Source: an uncultured Bacilli bacterium
GTDB lineage: Bacteria; Bacillota_I; Bacilli_A; RFN20; CAG-826
Assembly (NCBI GenBank): GCA_905235705.1
Contig: CAJOML010000003.1
Span: 1 to 42,657, forward strand
DNA: 42,657 nucleotides
Reading direction: 5' to 3'
This document shows, in pieces, positions 9,801 through 16,380 of this stretch. The notes beneath the pieces were generated by a model that did no database searches, was not told the origin of the DNA, and saw nothing but the letters and a program-made list of their open reading frames with translations. Position 1 is the first letter of the stretch, and each line of letters starts with the position of its first letter. Position numbers and translations under genes: made by a program.

Positions 9801-11052
9801 TTGTTTTTGCCTTGGTGAGGAAGCCAAGTAGCACTTTGCCGTAAGAAACGAGAAAGCCTTCGATAAAAGCTTCGCTATAGAGGTTAGCTTGATATTGGAT
9901 GGAAGCGACCATTTTGCCATTTTCGACATAGACGGAAAACGACATCTTCTCGCCGGTGGCTTGATAAGGTAAATGCTCAAATGGGGCTTTCTCCTCTCCC
10001 CATTTTTGCATGTCATAGAGGGTGCCTTGATAAGCGAAAAGGATATCGCTGGTATAGCCGCTACTGGAGGCAAGTTCGGAGAATGAATAAGCGTCATTGG
10101 CCCTTGTCCCCATGATCTGGGCTTTCATCTTGGCTAGATGTTGTAAGGTTGTTTCTTTGGGATCGATGATAGATAAGACGGGGAGGGTGCGGACAAACAT
10201 CGAGACGGTGCGATCGGTGGAATGGTCGTGACGTCCGATATAGATGGTGGCAAAAGCGGTCTTCTTCGTATTTGCATATTCGCTAAGAAGATAACCAAAT
10301 GCGGAGGTGGTTAAAACGGCGGGGGTGATATCGTTTTCTTTGTAAAAGGCCTTGATTTTATCGAAATCGATATCATATGAGGCTTTCTTTTCTTGAATCG
10401 AAACGGTGGTTTCTTTTTTATCTCCGGCGGGGATAGTGACTTCTTCGACGTCCCGGAAAGTCTCCAAATACCATTTCTTCGCTTCTTCGAAAGATTGTTC
10501 CCTTCTTTTGAGCTCGTCATTAGCGGCATCGAAGGCGGTGTAGGTTTCTTTTTCGATTTCCTTGCCTTCATAAGAAGCGGCCATATCCTGAAGAAGGATT
10601 GTCATAGAGAATCCATCGTAGACGATGTGATGGATATCCATAAATAGATAAACGGTGCCTTCGACTTCATATATGGCAAAACGGAAGAGACGGTCTTTAT
10701 CAAGATTAAAGGGGACGATGAGGCTTTCTTTTGCCTTGGTCCATTCTTGCTGATTTAAATGAACGACTTTAACGATTTCTTCCTTTTCTTCTAAGGGATG
10801 ATAGCGCATTAAGGGGAGACCGTCCTCGCCAAAAGCGATTTGCGAAAGCAGACCTGGGTGGCAAGCGAGCGTTTTTTCAACGGCGATTTTTAAGCGATCG
10901 ATATCGATTCCTTCAAAACGAAGCAAAGTCGGATTGTTATAGACGCTTTCGCCAACCCGTTGCATGCAGGATAGATAAATCCCCAATTGGGCTTGGTTAA
11001 GTGGCGCTTCTGATGTAGAAGCAAACGACTCGCCAGCAGATAAAGAAGACAT
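3847..11052 (-). CDS. bimodular non-ribosomal peptide synthetase C-A-T-C-A-T-R with a terminal thioester reductase
   Basis: C domains HHIVYDG and HHMIFDG. A domains YTSGSTGKPKG / YTSGTTGTPKG, YGPTE, YKTGDL / YRTGDI and GFRIELGEVE. T domains FDLIGLTSL and FFDIGGTSL. R domain GATGFLG and YCHSK. G-rich SD precedes the ATG. Confidence 0.95.
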   Translation of the reverse strand: MSSLSAGESFASTSEAPLNQAQLGIYLSCMQRVGESVYNNPTLLRFEGIDIDRLKIAVEKTLACHPGLLSQIAFGEDGLPLMRYHPLEEKEEIVKVVHLNQQEWTKAKESLIVPFNLDKDRLFRFAIYEVEGTVYLFMDIHHIVYDGFSMTILLQDMAASYEGKEIEKETYTAFDAANDELKRREQSFEEAKKWYLETFRDVEEVTIPAGDKKETTVSIQEKKASYDIDFDKIKAFYKENDITPAVLTTSAFGYLLSEYANTKKTAFATIYIGRHDHSTDRTVSMFVRTLPVLSIIDPKETTLQHLAKMKAQIMGTRANDAYSFSELASSSGYTSDILFAYQGTLYDMQKWGEEKAPFEHLPYQATGEKMSFSVYVENGKMVASIQYQANLYSEAFIEGFLVSYGKVLLGFLTKAKTKEITIVDEKETKELIALSYGGDLDYQKDKTFIDILLEQIKKHPNKKAVIAKNGSYTYGELDEVSNRIASYLLNHGLQPNDFVVIKTERVKEFISSLVGIMKAGGAYIPVDPTYPADRIQYMIEDSGAKFVLDEPFIEKMLEECKQAEPINLSKLDGRAYMIYTSGSTGKPKGVVILHKSLVAEFSWHIAAFDLSEQSVAAVHASFSFDASVHDIFASLSVGGELHIISEEVRMDLDLIYAYLRDNKITGLTMSTQIGMSLINAHPDLKLNYMVVGGEKLLPTKKTNIRVYNGYGPTEFTVCSSAHLVDQEKDKDIPIGRAVPNSYSFICDPFGNLLPRGMIGELCLSGIQMSCGYYNRPELNEERFIPCPFLPGEKMYKTGDLAKYNEEGELEYCGRIDFQVKLRGFRIELGEVENAASSYPHIKQVLASVKNKQLVLYYSAEGEIDENDLKAKMGSRLTEYMVPTVFIRLDEMPMTPGGKIDRKALPEPTHASIASIAPRNELEEKVYQALARIVGYGDFGVTDDFDLIGLTSLSAMQFTSELSSLLHKSVRVSELVNHSSIEKLLAYLNEKDNDETHALQKDYPLTSAQQGILTEALAHPDTTIYNVPTAITLPKGIDLDRFAKAVKEALDAHPYLKVRLISNEEGQFRILRQDESDLPIGHFDLDTLEGGAQSLVRPFDIIHDPLTRVALLKGKSENVFFFDAHHMIFDGESLDVLMKDIDRAYKGEKLEKEAYSEFDLSLDEEKLRQGEEYNQAKQHYASILEGRDIDCLPVPDHAEKGRGKQEVEIDVKADKEEVESFLSSTKTTPNSLWIASFGLALAKFLNRNDAIFATVYNGRNDARLRSSIGMFVHTLPVTCDPFPGKKGTSYVQDVAEQIKKSMANDSFSFADIAHEFEMRADILFVYEGKIAQGYSFGDMPIEGIDLLSLNEAKAALLLSISDTQEGYRLHFEYDGDRYQAWSVTSLLEATSLAFNQLLHGVDPDDMSFLNEEKKAQLDQWNATDSPIERTDLISTFKKAAKTYPNNVAVIYKDKKLTYREVDEITDRIAFALAKQGLGKGKVASILINRSQNMVLSTLGVMKTGAAYQPLDCSYPEERLLFMVEDASSMILIADEELLSKLPSWNKPVLFTKDFASLPKEDIALQGPSFDDLMILLYTSGTTGTPKGVMLTQGNLINFCHWYHRYYDLKPNHVVAAYAGFGFDASMMDLYPALTCGAGVCVVPDDIRMNLDQLEAYFEKNGVTHSFMTTQVGRLFASEIGKSSLHHLSVGGEKLVPIEPPAGYTLHNGYGPTECTIFSTAHPVSGLDLRVPIGKPLDNYCLYVVDRLGKELPIGALGELYISGYGVGLGYLNLPEKTAASFVKNPFSDEKGYERAYRTGDIVRRLYNGEIDFIGRNDGQVKIRGFRIELGEVEMAIRSFPGIKDATVQAFDSESGGKFLAAYFTASSNLDINAIKAHIKQNKPAYMVPSSIMQLDAIPLNQNQKVNKRALPKPVFVDSSSEYVAPETPLEKEFAEAYQQILGLDKVGANDSFFDIGGTSLSAAKVVVFALNKGYSLSYQDIFAHPSPRELAAYMESNKDNAPKEEKVVSLDDAERSSLSHNNVAFLGGIKKERELGKVLLAGATGFLGIHIFRELLAQGIETTILVRSKTLDPLDRIKGLLMYYFDSPLEEEVEKYVKVVGEDITDDHLLERLEGMEFDTIINAAAIVKHFASSDIIEKVNVGGVKNLIEVAKAKKARFIQVSTLSVAGENIDHKFPSNYKMKEDQLYFGQDISNKYCHSKFKAEEAILDAIENDGLDAKIIRVGNLMPRQSDGEFQINSVTNAFMRNLKGYKVLGQFPISGLHKETDFSPIDETAKTILLLATTPVEYTVFHSFNCHRVQMADIIAAMNLIGIKIDNVDDETFKANMKGAMLDEKKAPIVSSLISYASSDNRSHEFIDSDVSYSVQALYRLGYRWPITDFEYLKKAIEALETLGFFDRDDI

Positions 11053-11188
11053 AGAATTCCCCCTAAATAATCTTAAAAAGATTTTTTAACATCTTGTAGG
11101 ATAGTATAGTCTAAGGTCACTTTGCAAAAAAGGAAAAAACATTGAGGTAAGCCCCTAAGGGGATTAAAATTCTCCATGAGGTAAAATT

Positions 11189-12079
11189 ATGAAACAGATG
11201 CGTATTCCTTTATATGTTGTTCTTGGCATTGCCGTCATCGGAATCATCTTCGGTTCGTTCTTCGATCTGCAGATTTCTTCGGCGATTGCTTCCTCCACCA
11301 GCGGATTCGGCTTAGGCGTATCCATCGTCGGCCCAACCATCGGCTTTATGGGATTAGCTTTATTTGGAGGTGGATTCATTGGCTTAGCGATCCATGGCCA
11401 ATATCCAAAATGGGCCAAAGCCTTATTTTGGGTTGCCGGCATTGCCAGTTATGTCGTCTCCGTTTATTTTTCCGGCACCGAATATTTCGGCGTCAACGGA
11501 TTCTATGGCAATATCCCCGAATGGGTTGGCTTTATCATCGCCGCTATTCCTTTGGCCGGGGCTGAAGTCGGTGGCTATTTCTTATTTAGAAAAACCGAAA
11601 ATAAATATGCATGGGTTATCTATCTTATCGCCTTCGCCGTCTTGTTATTGACCCTTGTTGGTGGCGTTACGGGTTTAAAGGCGATTTTCCATCGTCCCCG
11701 GTTCCGCACCGTTTCGACAACTGCGATCGACTTCCATAATTGGTGGCAGCCCTGTCGCGATTATAAGAATTTGATGCAAGCATATGGGCTCGTCTCCGAA
11801 GAATTTAAATCCTTCCCCAGTGGCCATACCGCCGAAGCTAGCATTCTTCTTGTCACGACGACTTTCGCTCCGCTTGTGAATCCGAAATTAAAGAAGATTC
11901 AGCTTCCTTGTTTCATCGTCGCCTTTGCCTTTGTCATGTTAGTCGCCTTTGCCCGTATCTTAGCCGCCGCCCATTATTTAAGCGATGTCTCCATGGGGGC
12001 AACGATTACCACTATCTTCACCGTCATCGCCAACGAAATCGTGATTCACAACAAGCGACTTCAAGAAACAGCGAAATAA
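11189..12079 (+). CDS. PAP2 family membrane phosphatase
   Basis: Three catalytic motifs: KAIFHRPR, FPSGH and ARILAAAHYLSDV. Multiple TM helices. SD GAGG. Confidence 0.9.
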   Translation: MKQMRIPLYVVLGIAVIGIIFGSFFDLQISSAIASSTSGFGLGVSIVGPTIGFMGLALFGGGFIGLAIHGQYPKWAKALFWVAGIASYVVSVYFSGTEYFGVNGFYGNIPEWVGFIIAAIPLAGAEVGGYFLFRKTENKYAWVIYLIAFAVLLLTLVGGVTGLKAIFHRPRFRTVSTTAIDFHNWWQPCRDYKNLMQAYGLVSEEFKSFPSGHTAEASILLVTTTFAPLVNPKLKKIQLPCFIVAFAFVMLVAFARILAAAHYLSDVSMGATITTIFTVIANEIVIHNKRLQETAK

Positions 12080-12085
12080 AGCCTT

Positions 12086-12115
12086 AACAGCCAGGTGATG
12101 ACTTGGCTGTTTTTA
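12086..12115 (+). terminator. rho-independent terminator
   Basis: AACAGCCA-loop-TGGCTGTT followed by a T-run, directly after the PAP2 stop codon. Confidence 0.75.
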
Positions 12116-12161
12116 TTGAATATCCAGGGCGCTTTGATATGCTTTTAGGCGGAGGAAAATT

Positions 12162-12845
12162 ATGAAAAGAATCCAAGAAACCGTCGTTGCCTATATTTCC
12201 ATCATCTTTGGGGCTTTGCTCTTATTGATCTATCTCAATGCTTTAGGAGGTGGCAATGGATTAGGCATTGTCCTTGGCGTCATCGCTTTAGTCATGGCGA
12301 TTTATTATATCGCCATCGGCGTTATCGATGCTGTGGCAGGGGACAAATTACCCGCAAAAGCCAATAAAATCTTTGGCATCATTTCGATTGCCGCTTACCC
12401 CGTTTTATTCTTCGTCCAACTTTTGATCGTCATGATTGGGAATAAAGATTTCTTCGTCCCGACTGGTTGGGTGATTTCCATCTTAGGTATGGTCGCTTCG
12501 CTTGGTTTTGCCATTATCTACGTCGTTTCCAAATTCGCAGGCTCCTTAGCCTTAAAGAAGATTACCCGTCTTTGCGGTATGGTCTTTGCTTTGGTGATGC
12601 TACTCAACGTCTTATTCGATGCCTTTGGCGCACCTAACGCATTAGGACAGATTTCCCTGATCGGAACCATCACCTATATTGCTTATGGTTTTATGCTTTA
12701 CACGGCTTTAAAAGAGAAAGAAGAAGCGGTCGAGCCCGTCCCTGCCCCAGTCCAAGAAGAAGCCGAAGAAGCCCCCACTGAGATTGCTCCGGAAGAAGCT
12801 GAGCCTGAAGAAGAACCAAAAGAAGAACCTAAAGTCGAGGAATAA
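12162..12845 (+). CDS. hypothetical membrane protein (6 TM) with an acidic Glu/Pro-rich C-terminal tail
   Basis: Hydrophobic helices followed by EEAEEAPTEIAPEEAEPEEEPKEEPK. SD GGAGG. Candidate promoter TTGAAT-16-(TG)aTATGCT at 12116-12143. Confidence 0.8.
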   Translation: MKRIQETVVAYISIIFGALLLLIYLNALGGGNGLGIVLGVIALVMAIYYIAIGVIDAVAGDKLPAKANKIFGIISIAAYPVLFFVQLLIVMIGNKDFFVPTGWVISILGMVASLGFAIIYVVSKFAGSLALKKITRLCGMVFALVMLLNVLFDAFGAPNALGQISLIGTITYIAYGFMLYTALKEKEEAVEPVPAPVQEEAEEAPTEIAPEEAEPEEEPKEEPKVEE

Positions 12846-12851
12846 GCAATC

Positions 12852-12883
12852 AAAAAAATTGACCAGCGCCCGCTGGTCTTTTT
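12852..12883. terminator. bidirectional terminator
   Basis: A-run, GACCAGC-gccc-GCTGGTC, then T-run, between convergent genes. Confidence 0.8.
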
Positions 12884-14062
12884 CTATTCACGTCCTTCTT
12901 CTTTATTTTCGCTTGGGACAGTTTCTTCAGGTTTGGTTTCGCCTTTTTCCATTTTGCCAACCCGAATTTCGAAAACAAGGGAAGTAATAAAGGAAAAGAT
13001 GAGGATCATATAGAAAGAAATGCCTCTAGATAATAATGAAACGGCTTGGGCGACGTTATAGTCTAAAGCCTGCCCAGAACCTACGGTGATTGAGCCTAAG
13101 ACCACAGCCCCGACAAGCTCTCCTGCCCCAACTGCCCCGGGAGTAGGGAACCAAGCGACGCAGACGGTGGCGAAGGCATTTCCCAATAAGCAGACCCAGA
13201 AATCTTCGATCCCGATTTGTAAAGACGGCATTGCCATCATCAGAAAGAAGGGTATCGCGTAGCAAAAGCAAAGGATGACCATGCGTAAAACAACGGCCAA
13301 GATAAACGTCTTCCAATGTTTGATGACTTCTTTGGCGGCGGATTGGGCCTTTTCCAAATAGGCATCAAGAGCAGGTTGGAATTTAGAAAGCTTCCTTAGG
13401 AATTTGGGTTTTGTGATGAGTCTAAATAAGGCTGAGATGATTCTTCTTGCCGTTTTGGAGAATCCTAAGACGGTGAAGAAAGCAAGGTTAATGGAATTCA
13501 GGATAATCCCGGCGACGGCAATCCATTGTAAGGAAGATAAATCCATATCAAGGCCTTGGATATTGGAAAGCCCTTGGACGTAACGAGGGTAATAAATCAA
13601 GGAGATAAAGCCGAATAAGACCGAGCATAAAACGATGTTGATGTAATTCATCAAAATGACGCCTGTGGCTTTTCCCCCGTCGTCTCCGCTTTGATGGAGG
13701 GCGAAGGCTTGGAAAGGCTGTCCCCCGACGGAAGAGGGGGTGACGCCATTATAAAAATGCTCGCAGTTGCCAATTAAATATAAGTCGCTGGTTTTTGATT
13801 TTAAGCCCGATTTGCGGCTAATTAGAAGCAAAGGAAGGGGATATAAGGCAAAGAAAGCGACGCCGCAAAGGATAGCCAAAATCAAATAAACGACATTGCC
13901 GCCTTGGACCATTTCATTAAAAGCCCCAGCCATGCGGGAGAGGTCGCCGAAGGAGAAGATCAAAAACGCCACCAAAGCGACTAAGCAAATGAAAATGAAA
14001 ACGTAAATCGCGTTTTTCCTGAATCTCTTTTTCCGTTGGGTGTCCGTCGGCTTTTCGCTCAT
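12884..14062 (-). CDS. lysylphosphatidylglycerol synthase TM-domain / UPF0104 flippase-like protein
   Basis: FYNGVTPSSVGGQPFQ, FPTPGAVGAGE and LLSRGISFY motifs. About 8-9 TM helices. Confidence 0.85.
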   Translation of the reverse strand: MSEKPTDTQRKKRFRKNAIYVFIFICLVALVAFLIFSFGDLSRMAGAFNEMVQGGNVVYLILAILCGVAFFALYPLPLLLISRKSGLKSKTSDLYLIGNCEHFYNGVTPSSVGGQPFQAFALHQSGDDGGKATGVILMNYINIVLCSVLFGFISLIYYPRYVQGLSNIQGLDMDLSSLQWIAVAGIILNSINLAFFTVLGFSKTARRIISALFRLITKPKFLRKLSKFQPALDAYLEKAQSAAKEVIKHWKTFILAVVLRMVILCFCYAIPFFLMMAMPSLQIGIEDFWVCLLGNAFATVCVAWFPTPGAVGAGELVGAVVLGSITVGSGQALDYNVAQAVSLLSRGISFYMILIFSFITSLVFEIRVGKMEKGETKPEETVPSENKEEGRE

Positions 14063-14877
14063 TGTTTCTCGAATTCCTCGATACGTTGACTATATTGCCC
14101 TAGCACATCGTCATATCGGTTTGATTTTTCCCATGAGGCGACTTTATCGACATGCCAAGGTTTCACCGAGACGGTGTGGAAGAAGGGAAAGAAACGGATG
14201 GTCTTGGAGAAATGACGGATGACCGTATCGTCATGCCCGCGGGTTTGCTCGTTATAAATTTGGGGCAGGAATTTTTTCTTTTTGACGCAGCGGTTGAGGG
14301 CGTCTTGATCGGCAAGGATCGGGTGTTTCTTTTTTAGGTAATCGCGACAAGAGGCGAATAGGCCCGTTTCCTTGCATCTAGCCATATTAAAGAGAAGGAC
14401 GCCTGAATTTTGATAAGTCGCCCCAATCCAGAAAGTCCCCAATTGGTCATAGCATCCGGCGAATTCATAATCTTCCATATCGGTATGATATAGAGGCGAG
14501 ATATTGCCTAAAATGAAGGTATCGGTATCCAGATAAAGGACTTTTTCGGGAAGGGGAAGGAAGTCGGCGAAAAGTCGGCATAAGGCATAAGGGGTATAGG
14601 CCGAACGTTTGAATTTCTTGTGCCAGGTCTGGGCTTGATATTCTTTGCCGACATCATAAACGATGATGGAGGATTCTTCGTTTTTTTGTTTTAGAAGGGA
14701 ATCGATATAGGCGATTTGTCCCTCGCTAGGCGGGATAAATGAGGCGCCAAGATGATGCAGATCCATCGAAAGGAAATGGATGGTGACGGCCTCATCGTTA
14801 TAGGCTAGGTAAGATAAAACGACGACCAATAGGCCTTTCCCTACATTTTTATTCCCGGCTAACATTAAATGGATCAC
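14059..14877 (-). CDS. glycosyltransferase family 8
   Basis: YALCRLF, LYLDTDT (DxD), YQNSGVLLFN, DQDALN and KPW motifs. ATGA overlap with the flippase gene. Confidence 0.88.
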   Translation of the reverse strand: MIHLMLAGNKNVGKGLLVVVLSYLAYNDEAVTIHFLSMDLHHLGASFIPPSEGQIAYIDSLLKQKNEESSIIVYDVGKEYQAQTWHKKFKRSAYTPYALCRLFADFLPLPEKVLYLDTDTFILGNISPLYHTDMEDYEFAGCYDQLGTFWIGATYQNSGVLLFNMARCKETGLFASCRDYLKKKHPILADQDALNRCVKKKKFLPQIYNEQTRGHDDTVIRHFSKTIRFFPFFHTVSVKPWHVDKVASWEKSNRYDDVLGQYSQRIEEFEKQ

Positions 14878-14954
14878 GAAGGCAATTTACCATAGTTTTC
14901 CTCTAAATGCACGTAAAAGGGTTGAAACGGTTTTCATTTAATGAAAAATCCATA

Positions 14955-14990
14955 TAAAAAGGAAAACCCATCGCGAGGATGGGCTTTCCC
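14955..14990 (-). terminator. terminator of the galactan operon
   Basis: Minus strand reads GGAAAGCCCATC-ctcgc-GATGGGTTTTCC followed by TTTTT. Confidence 0.8.
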
Positions 14991-15007
14991 GAAAGGAGAG
15001 AGGAAGG

Positions 15008-16123
15008 TTATTTACGTTTTCGGAAGGCGAATAAGCCAAGGGTTCCATCGCCATCATAATCGAATAAGCATTGGTTTGCCCATTCGTTGGTGGTCGGTTT
15101 TTCGGTCTCGTGGATATATTCTTCGCCTTCTTTGCTGGCCCAGCTAAGCCCTGGCAAAGGAAGCCATAAAGGCTCCCAGTAGATTATCGCATCGACGTGA
15201 TGCGATTTGGCTTTCTTTAGAAGGGTGGAAAGGAAGGATGCTTGCCCTTGTTGGGTCAAAGGATAAGGTTCACTTGCATCGCCTTTTTCAAATAAGGTCT
15301 TGTCGACGAGGGGTTTGAAGGGGATGGAGTCCTTATAAGCCGTCTCATAGGTGAAACCATAAGAGGTCTCGACAATCCAAACCGTCTTTCCATAACGCGT
15401 CCTAACGAAATCGACGTTAGAGAAGAATTCGTCAAAGCCGTGATGCCAATATGGGTAATAAGAGAGGCCGATGATATCAAAGGGAAGTTTCGCTTTGGTG
15501 ACTTCGTCGAAGAATTCGCCATAGACGTCCTTATCGTAGCTTCGTTCCAAGTGGATGACGATTTTCGCTTCAGGATAGATTTTCTTGGCCGATACGATTC
15601 CTTGCTTTAAAAGAGGGATAAAAGAATCATAGCCTTGACGGGGGCTTCCTTCTTCGCCGCTAAGTTTGCCATAGGGCCAAAGCATCCCGTTGGTAATCTC
15701 GTTGCCGATTTGGATGGCTTCGAGTTCAATCCCCTCTTCATGAACGGTTTTAAGGGAGGATTCAACGTAATTTTGCAAGATTTCAATGAGTTCTTGCAGG
15801 CTTTTCGGCTTCCATGATTTGGGGAGGAATTGCTTGCCTGGATCGCACCAAAAGTCAGAAAAATGGAAATCAAGGAGAATCTTATACCCCTTGTCCATAC
15901 CGACTTTGGCAAGGCGAAGGAAAGAATCCATATCGCTACTGCCGCCACCATAAGGGCGGCCCTCCTCATCATAAGGATTCACCCAAAGACGAAGGCGCAT
16001 GATGTCGCATCCGTTGACGTCATGAAGATAGCTTACAGGGTCAACGCGGCGACGGAAAACCGTATAGGAGGCGCCGGCTTCTAGACATTCTAGGTACGAT
16101 GAAATATCAATTCCTAATCTCAT
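15008..16123 (-). CDS. GH53 endo-beta-1,4-galactanase, no signal peptide (cytoplasmic)
   Basis: GIDISS, RLRLWVNP, LDFHFSDFWCDPGKQ, QIGNE (acid/base), SYYPYWH, IVETSY (nucleophile) and YWEP. Confidence 0.92.
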   Translation of the reverse strand: MRLGIDISSYLECLEAGASYTVFRRRVDPVSYLHDVNGCDIMRLRLWVNPYDEEGRPYGGGSSDMDSFLRLAKVGMDKGYKILLDFHFSDFWCDPGKQFLPKSWKPKSLQELIEILQNYVESSLKTVHEEGIELEAIQIGNEITNGMLWPYGKLSGEEGSPRQGYDSFIPLLKQGIVSAKKIYPEAKIVIHLERSYDKDVYGEFFDEVTKAKLPFDIIGLSYYPYWHHGFDEFFSNVDFVRTRYGKTVWIVETSYGFTYETAYKDSIPFKPLVDKTLFEKGDASEPYPLTQQGQASFLSTLLKKAKSHHVDAIIYWEPLWLPLPGLSWASKEGEEYIHETEKPTTNEWANQCLFDYDGDGTLGLFAFRKRK

Positions 16124-16380
16124 TGTTCGCCCGCCTTATAAGGATGGAAGGAAAGGGGCTCGTTATCTTTGCCAATACCATCGATTCTATCCCCATAATG
16201 GGCATATTTCTCTTTGCAGTTTTCGTTCCAATGGAGGACTTTTTCCTCATCGCCATGGAAACAGCAACGGATGCAATAATATTCTTTCTTCTCCTCGTCA
16301 TAGAACATGTCGATGTCGAGGTCGCGTTCAAAACAAACGGGGCAACGGAAATTTAGTTTGCCTTTTTTACTTTGAGCCAA
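16120..16380 (-). CDS. small Cys-rich protein (CxxC-x19-CxxC, zinc-ribbon-like)
   Basis: RCPVC...YYCIRCC. TTG start preceded by a strong SD (AGGGAGG). Overlaps both neighbours, with ATGA coupling to the GH53 gene. Confidence 0.75.
   Translation of the reverse strand: MAQSKKGKLNFRCPVCFERDLDIDMFYDEEKKEYYCIRCCFHGDEEKVLHWNENCKEKYAHYGDRIDGIGKDNEPLSFHPYKAGEQ

Noticed and set aside
12715-12842. GAAGAA(G/C)C-type repeats
   Set aside because: This is low-complexity Glu/Pro coding sequence and not a CRISPR array or mobile repeat.
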